A stretch of DNA of 63,425 nucleotides, counting the filler, from Octopus bimaculoides (lineage: Eukaryota), in NCBI RefSeq assembly GCF_001194135.2. It is 5 parts of 4 records of this genome, joined end to end, with 100 filler letters (N's around TTAATTAATTAA, not from the genome) between each part and the next. Parts side by side here need not be neighbours in the genome. Positions count along the whole stretch, not along the records: positions 19,553 to 51,165 come from NC_068996.1; 4 more parts are not named here. One strand, 5' to 3'. The notes beneath the pieces are model-generated. The model was not told where the DNA came from. It did not search any database and worked only from the letters and a program-made list of their open reading frames with translations. Of the stretch, positions 36,251-49,985 are shown piece after piece. The position numbers and the translations under genes were made by a program. Within the stretch, counting starts at the first letter, position 1. Each line of letters starts with the position of its first letter.

Positions 36251-38960
36251 ACAAAATACCGAATGGGTAAAATCTTTTGACTTTCGAAACATTTTTTGAC
36301 TGTCGCATTTGAATTTGACTTTACGCGGTGTAGGTATTTTGCATCGCAACTCTAATGTATATTGCAACTTCATTTTTAAGAAAGCCTTCGACTGTTTTAT
36401 GAATTGAATTTTATGCCTAAGCTTTGCCGGGGTTTATTTTTATTATTTTTATTTTCATTTTCATTCACGTATTTAATTATGTTACACCAAATTAATGTAC
36501 AACTTCCCTATTTTACATTTTAGTATTATACACACCCAACAGATTTTTAAAATTGTTTGCATATGTACGTTATGTCGAAGATATGTCTATATATTTATGT
36601 GTATGTATGTATGTATTGTAGGTATGTATATGTATGTATATGCACGTATCTGTGTGTGCGTATACAAATGCGCGTATGTGTGTGTATATATGTATAAATG
36701 AATATATACACACATATATATATGTATACATATATAAATCTGTATGTATATGTGTGTATACTTTTATATATGTGAGCATGTATTTGCGTAAATATTTTTG
36801 TATTTTTCTGTATTTGTTTGCGTATCCATAGATATACATGTAATTATATGCGTGCGTTTTTATGTGTTCGTTGCACAAGCTATATCNNNNNNNNNNNNNN
36901 NNNNNNNNNNNNNNNNNNNNNNNNNNNNNNNNNNNNNNNNNNNNNNNNNNNNNNNNNNNNNNNNNNNNNNNNNNNNNNNNNNNNNNNNNNNNNNNNNNNN
37001 NNNNNNNNNNNNNNNNNNNNNNNNNNNNNNNNNNNNNNNNNNNNNNNNNNNNNNNNNNNNNNNNNNNNNNNNNNNNNNNNNNNNNNNNNNNNNNNNNNNN
37101 NNNNNNNNNNNNNNNNNNNNNNNNNNNNNNNNNNNNNNNNNNNNNNNNNNNNNNNNNNNNNNNNNNNNNNNNNNNNNNNNNNNNNNNNNNNNNNNNNNNN
37201 NNNNNNNNNNNNNNNNNNNNNNNNNNNNNNNNNNNNNNNNNNNNNNNNNNNNNNNNNNNNNNNNNNNNNNNNNNNNNNNNNNNNNNNNNNNNNNNNNNNN
37301 NNNNNNNNNNNNNNNNNNNNNNNNNNNNNNNNNNNNNNNNNNNNNNNNNNNNNNNNNNNNNNNNNNNNNNNNNNNNNNNNNNNNNNNNNNNNNNNNNNNN
37401 NNNNNNNNTATATATATATATATATATATATTTATGTGTTGCATACATATGTCTATATTTATGCAAGCTTTAGTATATATATGTGTATTATAGATGGCTT
37501 GGTGTGTGCATATACTGTGAAATGTATATGTAATCCAACGTGAAAAAACTTTTAAGCGGATAACTTTTGATGCATTGATTGACTAATATTTTACAAAAAT
37601 TTTTTTCCCTGGGTATTTAGATACTGTCCGTCGTCATAAGCTATTTTTAATTTAAGGTTTTCTACGACTTTATAATAAGATGATTTTATACCTAAATCTG
37701 TTCATAACATGCAACTGGTCATTGTAAAGACCGTTAGTTGAAAGGACCAATGAAACAAACCAGTAATTGTATATGTGTGCTTATAACCTTATTTTTGTTC
37801 TATTCCAAACAAAACTATCCGAAGAACGGGAACGTGAAAGTCTGAGGAATAGTTTTTGTGATATTTCTGCTGCTTTTCAATAAAGCATATTACTCTACCT
37901 CTGGTATTCGAGTACTATTTTTTCTACCTTATTCCGCATTTATGTGCTAACTCTGGTATGTATATATATATATATATATATGTAAAAGGTTGAAGAGGAA
38001 CACACGAGTAGATATATATGGAAAAAAGACAACGTAGAAAATGGTAAAATACTTTTATAAAGAACATTACAGAACCGGTTTCGATCCTTGAGATCTTTTC
38101 AACAGTAAATATGAATAATAGATTTTTGAAAAATTATTGAAAAATTAAATTTAAAAGAAAAATCTTAGGCAGAAACAAGAAAAATGCCGCTGTTACTTGN
38201 NNNNNNNNNNNNNNNNNNNNNNNNNNNNNNNNNNNNNNNNNNNNNNNNNNNNNNNNNNNNNNNNNNNNNNNNNNNNNNNNNNNNNNNNNNNNNNNNNNNN
38301 NNNNNNNNNNNNNNNNNNNNNNNNNNNNNNNNNNNNNNNNNNNNNNNNNNNNNNNNNNNNNNNNNNNNNNNNNNNNNNNNNNNNNNNNNNNNNNNNNNNN
38401 NNNNNNNNNNNNNNNNNNNNNNNNNNNNNNNNNNNNNNNNNNNNNNNNNNNNNNNNNNNNNNNNNNNNNNNNNNNNNNNNNNNNNNNNNNNNNNNNNNNN
38501 NNNNNNNNNNNNNNNNNNNNNNNNNNNNNNNNNNNNNNNNNNNNNNNNNNNNNNNNNNNNNNNNNNNNNNNNNNNNNNNNNNNNNNNNNNNNNNNNNNNN
38601 NNNNNNNNNNNNNNNNNNNNNNNNNNNNNNNNNNNNNNNNNNNNNNNNNNNNNNNNNNNNNNNNNNNNNNNNNNNNNNNNNNNNNNNNNNNNNNNNNNNN
38701 NNNNNNNNNNNNNNNNNNNNNNNNNNNNNNNNNNNNNNNNNNNNNNNNNNNNNNNNNNNNNNNNNNNNNNNNNNNNNNNNNNNNNNNNNNNNNNNNNNNN
38801 NNNNNNNNNNNNNNNNNNNNNNNNNNNNNNNNNNNNNNNNNNNNNNNNNNNNNNNNATTTCATCCGGTTTAATCGTAATTTATACGCATATATTGTTTAT
38901 ATAATAAATTACGCTGTGCGTATCTATGTGTGTAACAATTTTAGAGTTCGGATTCTAGAG

Positions 38961-39014
38961 TTAGGGTTAGTTTTAGGGTTAGGGTTAGGGTTAACAGTCT
39001 AGTTAGGGTTAGGG
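38961..39014 (+). repeat. Interstitial TTAGGG repeats (6 perfect units, interrupted)
   Basis: Directly visible; embedded in a larger unclassified repeat-like block to about 39250. Confidence 0.8.
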
Positions 39015-40778
39015 GATTAATACGATATACACCGTTACAGCGCTATCTGTTTTCAACTGAATAAACGTCAGTGATTAGTAGAAATTATCGAAATAAGACA
39101 ATTTTTTACATGAAATAAATTCGAATACAAAAAAATTTTTGTGTTCTATAACACAAAATAGATAAGTATACGAAGTTTGAAAGTCTTTCGGTACCAAAAA
39201 CACTACATAAAACATAAATGAAAACTGGTGCCCCCGTTTTGAAGTAGATCCATTTCTTCATATGATTAAGGAAAACTAATCATCTAATTTCAGTTCTTAG
39301 AGTGATTAGGTGTTGATTCCATATGTTAACCAGTTCATTGTGAGTATATATATGAAATTATGTATATATCTATATACATATGTGTATGTATTGTCCATGT
39401 TCGTGCATGCTTATGTGCGCAGCACATCTATACTTTTGTATTTTATTTATTTATTTGTATTTCTATAATTAGCTCGTTGATACTTGAAATCATTTTAAGC
39501 ATAATACACTAAACTGTTATAAATTGTTTTGCCTTCCATTTATTCGCTGTTCATTACTGATATTTTCCTTATTCTCATTTGCTTATAAATATTTAATTGT
39601 CATAGAACAGATTTTAGATATGCGTCGAAAGATTTTCATTTCATATGATTAAATATTAATTAAGAAGAAAGTTAGAAACCGTAAGCAAATTTTATTAAAG
39701 AGATGACCACAATACATACATAAATAACGTATCTAATGGTGGTATCGTTTAAATACAGAAAACGATTGACCGAAATCGCAATGTTTTTTAACGCGCCGAT
39801 TCATCCATGGTGGAGGAAATACAACAAAGTAAAATAACGTGGATGCCAAAACACTTTTATATAACGATATTTAAGTCAGTTTTCTATGCTAAAACTATGA
39901 TCAATGGTAAACAAAATATATGTATGTATGTATATATATATATANNNNNNNNNNNNNNNNNNNNNNNNNNNNNNNNNNNNNNNNNNNNNNNNNNNNNNNN
40001 NNNNNNNNNNNNNNNNNNNNNNNNNNNNNNNNNNNNNNNNNNNNATATACATAGTGTATATATATATATATATATATATATATGAACGAATAATGATAAT
40101 AGATGAGCGTACAGATACAAATCCCTTACGGCCGTTTCTACCATGATGCCTCAGAATCTTAAAAGTTATCCTCATCACATCAGTGATATACAGGTATGAA
40201 CAAACATTGGACATAGATTGGATAATGGTTGAGCCTCAAGACTTCTTCAGAAAGTATAGATTTTAAGAAACTAACATGTGGGAAATTCAATTGGAATAAT
40301 AGAGTAGAATAATTAGAATAATAGAGTAAAATAAGATAAGGTAGAATAAAATTGGAAAAATGAAAATAATGCAACATAATAGTCATGGTAAGGAAAGGTA
40401 AACCTTCGTTTCAAAGTGTTATTATAATTCATGATATTCCATCTTGTAGTAAGTAAGTAAAATCACTCTCAGGAGATATATCCGTGGGCTGCGTTTTACA
40501 TCGTATTTCCATGATACTGAGGGAAATAGTATGGGTAGCATGTTATGTGGTGGCTTTAATGGTACGGTACATGTTACAGGGGTCAGAAGTTAGAGGCTAT
40601 CCGCAGGAGATTGCGAAGTTGTCTGGAGGCCGACGCTGAAGCAAATTTTATTGAACGAACTTACTCTTTAATATTTCAAGGTATTCTTATGTAATTTTTG
40701 TAAATATATCTTTTAAAATGAGATGTCAGCGTTATTTTAATTTCTGCGTAATTACAACGACAGTTTATCCACCGCATT

Positions 40779-40826
<48 letters not shown>

Positions 40827-41371
40827 NNNNNNNNNNNNNNNNNNNNNNNNNNNNNNNNNNNNNNNNNNNNNNNNNNNNNNNNNNNNNNNNNNNNNNNNNN
40901 NNNNNNNNNNNNNNNNNNNNNNNNNNNNNNNNNNNNNNNNNNNNNNNNNNNNNNNNNNNNNNNNNNNNNNNNNNNNNNNNNNNNNNNNNNNNNNNNNNNN
41001 NNNNNNNNNNNNNNNNNNNNNNNNNNNNNNNNNNNNNNNNNNNNNNNNNNNNNNNNNNNNNNNNNNNNNNNNNNNNNNNNNNNNNNNNNNNNNNNNNNNN
41101 NNNNNNNNNNNNNNNNNNNNNNNNNNNNNNNNNNNNNNNNNNNNNNNNNNNNNNNNNNNNNNNNNNNNNNNNNNNNNNNNNNNNNNNNNNNNNNNNNNNN
41201 NNNNNNNNNNNNNNNNNNNNNNNNNNNNNNNNNNNNNNNNNNNNNNNNNNNNNNNNNNNNNNNNNNNNNNNNNNNNNNNNNNNNNNNNNNNNNNNNNNNN
41301 NNNNNNNNNNNNNNNNNNNNNNNNNNNNNNNNNNNNNNNNNNNNNNNNNNNNNNNNNNNNNNNNNNNNNNN

Positions 41372-41405
<34 letters not shown>

Positions 41406-41419
41406 GTCCTTGCGTCGGA

Positions 41420-41835
41420 TCGAGATAGATGGCGAACAATAGTGTCGAGTGGGGTGAGTGCGTTTGAGGTTTGAGGAGGCTGACACATGTAAGACTCAAG
41501 AGAAATTTAAAGAACGTTCTGATCGAGAAGGTGACCTTCTCGTGTGCAGAGTTTGTGAATGACCATACCTTTCTTTTCTTGGACTCAAACCTCATTGGCG
41601 GACACATGGAAAACAAACCTCAACTAACTTCTCTACCAATATATCTGTGTAAACCTTTCAATGCTGTGTATGGCATAAGGTCTGTAAATCTAACGGGCGC
41701 CTCAAAAGACATTTTAAGATCAACAAGGGTCAGAACGTAACTGCAGATCTTGATGGTCCAAATCAGATATGCAATCTACGTGCGTGCCTTTTCAATACAT
41801 TGTCTGGTTTAAAAAGCCACATCTGACGCCATGAT
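41420..41835 (+). mobile_element. Probable RTE 3' end with degenerate C2H2 zinc-finger-like tail
   Basis: QICNLRACLFNTLSGLKSHI*RH resembles RTE C-terminal zinc knuckles. Confidence 0.45.
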
Positions 41836-42129
41836 GGATCTAAGGTGTAAGTACAAGTGGTAGTTAGTTTGTGCCACATATCTATACGTATATATATGAA
41901 TACATAAATACTCATATTTATACATATAGTCATACATGCTTATATTCATACATACATCTGTACATAAATATATATTCATACAAGCATCCATCCATCCATC
42001 CATACATACATACATACACATATACATACATACATACATACGTACATAATGGTGACCGGTAATAAAAACCGATGAAAATGATGCCTTAGTCCGATACTCG
42101 GATGTGTGTAATTAGTGCTCATATGATGG

Positions 42130-42600
42130 CAGCAATATAAAAAACTTCAAGCAAAGCATCTCCAAAATCATCTCAAAATTCACATCACAGCATAATTTAG
42201 AGTTCTCCATGTAGGTTTGTGGAGAAAACAGATGTGAAATATGCAGTTACAGTGCTTTAAAATATTTGGATATTACCACTCATATAAAATTTAAAAGTGA
42301 ATTCGCCTTCAAAATAACGTCAATATGAACGATAAAACACAGAAATTAATATGCCGTACAATCCACCCGAATTTGCAAAAAGTATTATACTAGCAAACCC
42401 AACAATTTCCATTATTAACTAGGAAATATCTATAGAGGACACATCATCAACAAGAATTACTTAAGATTCCACTAAGCAAGCAACTTAAAAAATGCAGAAA
42501 CAGAAACTTCAAGACCTTTCCGTTTCTACAAATACCCGAGGGATTACCCAAAATACCGAAAGGCAACGGAACTGCATTTTATAAAAGAAAATGACTAATA
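42130..42600 (+). mobile_element. Penelope-like (Neptune-type) endonuclease fragment, highly decayed
   Basis: CGENRCEIC (Cys cluster upstream of GIY-YIG), then IPLSKQL..C...F..FPF and RKATELHFIK in shifted frames. Confidence 0.55.
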
Positions 42601-43237
42601 AAATTGAACGTGTAAAAACTATATTTAGAAGATGTGGAAACTTCTTTTAAAAAATTACTTTCCGAGACGAAACTAAACTTAAACAACTAACACACACACA
42701 CACGCGCATGCGCTTAAACACATTTAAAAGCTTTCTCAAGCAATTTAATAGATTGTCTTTCCTACAGCTGGTTAACATGACAACTAACCTAAAATGTTGT
42801 CTGTCAGACAATGATTAAAAGAAATTTATTGCAAATGTTAAAAAATTTACCTCTTTGACTTGTCGTCAATTTCACTCTTTTCAGAAAAACTCCCATTTCG
42901 TTCTTTCTTTCTTTCTTCTCCCTCTAACTAAGCATCCAACGATCTGCCATTTACACTGTGTTTAAAAATTCATGAAATACACATGTTTACTCACACATAT
43001 AGAATTCAAAATGACAAAGAACATTTCAAATAACCATTCTTAAAATATCCACTTTCTAAAACCCAAGAAAATAAATTCAACTCCAATTTGTTTGTTCCAA
43101 TTAAGTCACATATATATAAAATTTAAGAATTTTCTATAAAAAATAAATAATTCAAGATGAATCTCTGAACGAGATGAAATTACTTAATAAGTAATTGTCC
43201 AAATCCTGACAAGCTTCTTTTAATTCACACACACACA

Positions 43238-43285
<48 letters not shown>

Positions 43286-43714
43286 CACACACATACATGT
43301 ACGCTATATATATATACGCAGGCGGGTGGTTCTGGGTTCAGTCCAATTGTGTTACACTTTGGTCAAGGTCTTAGCTTCAGACTAACCAAAACCTTGTAAG
43401 TGGAAAATGAAATCGTATACACACAGACAAACACACACATGCACATATAACGTTACTCTCGCTAATATTCTAAATGACCCGAGATACTCATCCTGCCTTC
43501 GTTTTTGTTGTCCATTTTCCTTTAGTATATAACTACTGACTCGGAAGCCTACTACAGATCCCCAGCTTCAGCCTCAGCTGTGCAATTGGAACCTAAATAA
43601 TGGGAAATTATAGCATTTACGCACCTAATGGTTTAGATAATCAGTGAAGCAAACCCCCTCATGTTCCCTGTCTATCTGTTTCTTTCTCTCTCTTCCCATA
43701 TATATATATGTAGG

Positions 43715-43850
43715 CGCAGGCCTGGCTCTATAGTAAGAAGGCTGTTTCCCTACATGGTTCCGGGTTCAGTCCTATTGTATGAAATCTTGAGCAAGAGATT
43801 TAACCTCGGGCTGACCAAAGCCTTGTGAGTGGATAAGGAAATCGTACATG
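43715..43850 (+). mobile_element. SINE family A head/core
   Basis: taggcgcaggcctggct...tagtaagaag...atggttccgggttcagtcc...ctcgggctgaccaaagccttgtgagtgga. Confidence 0.7.
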
Positions 43851-44114
43851 CACAAACTCGCACGTATACACATACATACACACGCACACACACACATACA
43901 AACGCGGGCACACACACAAACGCACACACATATGTATGTAGTTATAATATTGTTGGTTGCAGCTAGTGAGACTCGTATGCATATATAACCCGTATGCATA
44001 TATGATTAGTAGCAGCCCAGACACAAATGTGTGTGTGTGTGTTTGTTTGTTTGTTTGTTTGTTTGTGTGTGTGTGTGTGTGGGTGTGTGTGTGTGTTTGT
44101 TTGTNNNNNNNNNN

Positions 44115-44162
<48 letters not shown>

Positions 44163-45137
44163 GCACACATATTAAATGTTTTTATTATGTAACAATGTCT
44201 GAAGACATTACGTGGTACTTTTTATCTGGGAAAGATTTTTATTTTTCAACTAGCCTTCGTGACCGTGACTCAGTCTTGTACTTATCCTCTCTGAAAAATG
44301 TCTGTTTTGTATTTTTTCTTTCTTCATAATTAGGCAAATCTGTTCTTAAACCAATTGTTATATTATCATCAGGACTTTGCTCGATGGATACACACCGAAT
44401 TCAGGCAGAAGTTAACTTGGTACACTTTACTCCTAAGCATACGATTTACTACAAAAGATAACATGAAGGAGTGCGGTGAGAAGTAAAAAGCTGCCAATCG
44501 GTTTGAGAATTTAAGGTCAGAAAAACATATTCGATATTATTCGATATTATTCGATATTCGATATTATTAGCAATGCTGAACATATTCAACACATTTTTTT
44601 TCTTATTACAGACATAATTAGACAATAAAATAAGAATTCGATTATGAATGTTTGAAAATAAATTTCCAAATTAACATATGATATTTTAGCTTTCTAATAA
44701 ACACAACTTACCGAGATTTATCTAAGACAAATACTCTGCATCCTATCGAAAAGTCGGAATTATTTCTAAAACTTATCTCATAGTTTAACAATACCTATCT
44801 CTTTATTTAACTTACCAATTTATAGTTGAGCTAGCATTATTGTGCAGGATGCATCGATTCCCATCACATATTCTTTGGTCCGGTGTATATATCTTATGTG
44901 AAACTCAGTTTATAAATAATATTTTTAGCAAACCTAAGTGAATATATCAATCTGCTAATAAATCTAAATTATGAAATAAGAAATTTGCTTCAGTGTGTCC
45001 TAAATCTAATAAACTTTTTCTTGTTATAAATCAAAGTACCAATCATTTATAAAGCAATTAGATTACTCTTAGTGAGGAACATCGGTTCTCTCCGTGTCAC
45101 ACAAATCACATCCTGCCGAGTAAGGTGCATGTGGTCC

Positions 45138-45182
<45 letters not shown>

Positions 45183-46214
45183 TACGACTGAAAAGCAAAT
45201 GGAGTAGACGTAGCCGAAAGAATATTGATCATAGGTTAGCTAAACAACAAAAACAACAGACGCAGCAATAACGACAGCAGCAACGAACTACACAACAATA
45301 CAACAACCGTTATCCAACTTTTCTTTCCGCGGTTTCCAAGACATTTTTTAATGTTTGAAAACATTTTATTATTATTTCCAAATTTCCTCTTATTTTCATG
45401 TTATGTTTTATTTATCTTTTTCCTTATTTTTCCTCTTTTTCTTATGTTTTGTTTCTTTTTCAACACTTCCTCGCTTACCTCACCAGTGCAGTTTCCCATA
45501 ATTACTGAATGCTATTTCTGATTGCACTTTTGAAACACTTTAACATGCTTTCTCATATATTGCCGTGTTTTGTTTTTTTGTTTTTTATCTTTTCTGTTTA
45601 CAATTTTAAAACTGTAAAAATAAATTTAAAGAATACATTCGAAATCATGAACAATCTCCTTGACCACTAAATTCATCATACTTTCTTTTACTATTTGTTA
45701 TATCTAAATGATTCATTACAGTATCCCTCTATTCATCTATCATGGCTAACCAAGCATTAACGAGGAAAACGTCATTTTCTATATTCATTGCTTGCAAGTC
45801 ATTAAAATTTGGCAATTACAAAAACCAGAGTACACAGAAATACTGTAAACTATCAGGTTCTTTTGTTTTTGTTCTTTTTTTGTCTTATTTTTCTTTAAAT
45901 TTAATTTGCGCGGCTGCCAAACTCCACCTAATGAATCTTAAGAGCGTTTTTAACTTTATTAATCCGGGGAGTGATTTCAAAACAAGACAATTGTCTGATA
46001 AACTATTCTTCGTGTTGGCAGCCATAAACAAAAACTGTTCACTGAGATTTCAGAAGGAAAATACATCTGCAGAAAGCTGTAGCGGACTGGACTGAATGTC
46101 TTGTAGATTTCCGTTTCGTTCATATATTGTATAAGTTCATATTTCACCGGATTAAAGAAACAATATCGATTAATTTCGATTTCAAATTTTGGTACAAGGT
46201 CAGCAATTTTGGGT

Positions 46215-46605
46215 GGAAAAGATAAGTCGATTACATCGAATCCAATACACAACTGGTACTTATATCATCAACGAAAGAATGAAAAGCAAGTCCACCTCAG
46301 CGAAATTTGAAATCAGAAAGAAGAGACAAACGAAATGCGCTAAGCATTTTGACCGGTGTACAAACAATTCTGCCAGCTTACCACCTTAATATATTGATTA
46401 ATATTGGTGTCAAATTTTAAGGCGGTAAGCTTGCAGAATCGTTAGCACACCAGTGAGATTTTGTCTGTCTTTTCGTTCTGAGTTTCAAAATTTCGCTGAG
46501 GTCGACTTTGCCTTTCTTCCTTTCGGGTTCGTTGAAATAAATACCAGGCGAGTATTGGGGACAATGTAATTGACTTACCCCCCCAAAATGCTGGCCTTGT
46601 GCTTT
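46215..46605. mobile_element. Two SINE family D copies head-to-head
   Basis: Minus copy 46215-46388 and plus copy 46418-46605, separated by a ~30-nt AT spacer. Confidence 0.8.
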
Positions 46606-47599
46606 CTCTCCAGTTAAGTTTCTAATCACGAGAGACAAAACCAAGTTATTGGTTTCATAGAAATATTGCTTCATTTTACAAACTGAATCCAATTTCCTTA
46701 GAAATTTCGTTTAGTATCATCGTTCCAAATTCGATATATCTTATAGCTGGAACACTTAGAGCGCAATAAAAGCATGTAGTAAAGTAGCTTGGTTTGCAAT
46801 CAATTGTTTCTTGGCTCGATTCCACTATGTAGCAGGTTACGTCTTCCAAAGTCTTGGGTTGACTTGATGCTTTTGAGAGAAATTTAATCTACAGCACTGT
46901 ATGAGAGTATCTCAAATGGAGGATACAATCACATATGTAGTAGAATTGTATAGCATAGGTGAGTATATTTATGGCGTTGGTTATTTGCATAATCGGAAAT
47001 ATTTATTATATGATATTGTCATGTTCACTTTCTTCAAATGCATGTCACTGGCTATTCTGACTCAACGCATCTTCCTTTAAACTAAGCAAATCACCTAATT
47101 CAAAATTATTTCCTACTTTCTTTTTTCTTTGTGCAAAGGTCAAAGTAGAACAAATGCTGTGCTGATAAAGACTGTTGATGTAGAAATACGTGTTGCAGAT
47201 ATTCCCTGGTTACCATATTATTAAATGCTTCTTTCTTGATGGCATGTCAGTTTAAGAGGATTTAATGCTAAAAGCATGAAATCATCTCCGAAATGAATTT
47301 GTTCCCACTTGCCAACAGTCGACTATTTTAATTTCTCTGAGAGCGTAAATAATTTCAATGAATCAAGAACGTATGGTGTATGGTATATAATATAATATTA
47401 TTTGTCTATGCTTTACAAATATATGCCACTGGCTACTATGTGGTATTTCTCTTAGCTCATTTTCTTTCAAATATATCTATATAAGGCTTTCTTCTCAAAG
47501 GAACATACAATTGGTTATATTCTACTTTAATCCGTTTTATGGAATATTTTTCATATCTCCCATTTCGTCTACTGTATTCAGTTTGGAAAATAATATTCA

Positions 47600-48660
47600 T
47601 AATTTCACTAATGCATATTTATCCACTACTTCCCACTTCTGCTGGAAGCATTGAAAACGTTCATCGTCTTGCTCCACATGATGTTCTTAGTTCTTCTTTG
47701 TATTAACTTCCTTTTATGCTACCATTCCATAATACCTCTTCCAGAACCGGAAATTCAAGATCCAGAGTTATTGCTTATCATAAACCATCAAGTGTATATA
47801 CGAGGGCTTTCTTCTGATCTTTCTGTTCTTTTCAGTTATTTACTGCATTCAGATTTCTCGTTCCTGATTGCTCTCTGTTTATGCTCGGTGTTGCAATTCT
47901 TACCCTGTAAGGTGTAGTACGACAACAAGGATGTCTTTTGGTTATAAAGTGGCATGTATGCCGCAGAAACACAATCCAGCAAAGCATGACTTCCGAGTCA
48001 ATAACAGACTGTAATGCCATTTCAGCCCCAGTGCCTTATTCTAGAGAGATTAGACGATCACATTTCATGTACACATCAGTGTAAGTCTGTTCTATGAAGA
48101 GCTTTATAAAACATCATAACACCTTTGTAAATGTCAATCTATTTATGTGTGTATGTATCTGAGGTGCTACTTCGTTCAATTTCTCCATTACATTTGGTTG
48201 AACAAGTATCATCCACAAGAAATCTACATGGTTCACGCTAAACCTGCATAGACAAGATGGAAAGACACCTTGATGATATTCATGAATAATAGTTATATCA
48301 CAGTGTCTCCCTTAGCTGCACAAAAACGCTATTAATGAACAATCTGGATAATTTTACCATTTCCCTTCCACTAACTCCCTTTATGTATGAACAACATGCA
48401 CTAGAAATCTCAGGATCACTTCTAATTTAGGTCTCGGTATAATTGTAAAGCTTTCCCGTCAGTCATACACCCTCAACATTGCAAAACGCCTTCAAAATGA
48501 GTGATTTATTTCTTCGGAGCCATAAAATACTTGAATCCTCAACAACTACTAACATTCTACTAGCGTTCTATATATTTCAGGAAAGAAGCACATCTCGAAG
48601 TGTGTTGCTGGTACTCTCAAAGATGTCCTAGATAACACAGGGGAAGGCCACTCGACTGCT
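47600..48660 (-). mobile_element. Possible decayed R4/Dong LINE fragments
   Basis: Short peptides such as LQLYRDLKLEV and ENFWK resemble Dong ORF segments; many stops. Confidence 0.35.
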
Positions 48661-48679
48661 CAATAATTTCACTAATGAG

Positions 48680-48935
48680 TGGTAAAAAGCTCGCTTTCCA
48701 ACCACATGGTTCCGGGTTCTTTCCCATTCCGTGGCATCTGTGCAATTCTCTTCTACTATAGCCTCGGGACGATCAAAGCTTTGTCATTGGACTTGGTAGT
48801 CGTATATGTATCTTTTTATCTGTGCATCCACCCGTCCCCAAACACAAACACCACTTGATAATCGATGCTGATGCGTTTACTTCCCTGTAACTTAGCGGTT
48901 CGTCAAAAGTCTAATGACTGAAACAAGTAGAAGAA
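48680..48935 (+). mobile_element. SINE family A copy
   Basis: gagtggtaaaaagctcgctttccaaccacatggttccgggttc...cctgtaacttagcggttcg. Confidence 0.75.
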
Positions 48936-49656
48936 TCCTTCAGAGATAGAAGACGTTTTGTCTGCTATTTCTGCTTTACCTTCAGTCATTGCAAGGCATC
49001 TGGTATTTGGAGCTTGTTTCTCTGATGCTTTACCCATTCAAGTATTCACAACACACTCCCGTCATCTGCATTTACAAAAATGGATCATTTACACAGTTCA
49101 GAAACTACTTGTTCAGTAATACCTTTTATAATATATGTCCTCTGGAATTACGAGCGTGATCGTTTTTCTTCCAGACCCCGACATGCAGCTGTTCAAGTAC
49201 GTACGGAAAACACAGAAAGAATACTAAGAGGAATATTAAGCATTTTTCAAAGTACTTTGTGTATCAAATATAACTTTCTTTCATCATAAACTCTCGGGTG
49301 CTGCAGAGACGTTGGGATTCCCTTTTCAACTACAGATATTTATAGCACTGTGATTTAAAGTTCGGAGGAGTCGGGTAAGTGTGAAAAGCAAAGTCAGCCT
49401 CGGCGAAATTTGAACTCAGAACGTGTAGATGTACGAAATACCCCAAACACTTTGCTCGGCGTGTTAACGATTCTACCAGCTAACTATCATTGCAATATGA
49501 CTAAAAATAAACCTCGAAATTTCTATCGTAAATTTTATCAATTTCACAAACACACANNNNNNNNNNNNNNNNNNNNNNNNNNNNNNNNNNNNNNNNNNNN
49601 NNNNNNNNNNNNNNNNNNNNNNNNNNNNNNNNNNNNNNNNNNNNNNNNNNNNNNNN

Positions 49657-49985
49657 GTTAGGGCAGCGGACTCGTGGTCATAGGATCGCAGTTTCGATTC
49701 CCAGCCAGGGCTTTGTGAGTGTTTATTGTGCGAAAATACCTAAAGCTCCACCAGGGCAGGGGATGGTGGCGAAACCTGATGTACTCTTTCACCACAAATT
49801 TCTCTCACTCTTACTTCCTGTTTCTGTTGTGCCTGTAATTCAAAGGGTCAGCCTTGTCACACTGTGTCCACTTGCACGTTAATTTCACAAGGTATAGAAA
49901 ATACGTATTGGCCTTTATATATTTAATCCTTTATCGGATCAACTGGAACCCTAGAAGTCGTAAGCGACGGAGTGCCAACAATATA
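49657..49985 (+). mobile_element. SINE family B copy with an AT-rich replacement near the 3' end
   Basis: Matches 52170-52520; 49886-49933 instead resembles 4206-4258. Confidence 0.8.

Noticed and set aside
44528-44568. Short tandem attcgatatt repeats
   Set aside because: An ordinary slippage repeat.
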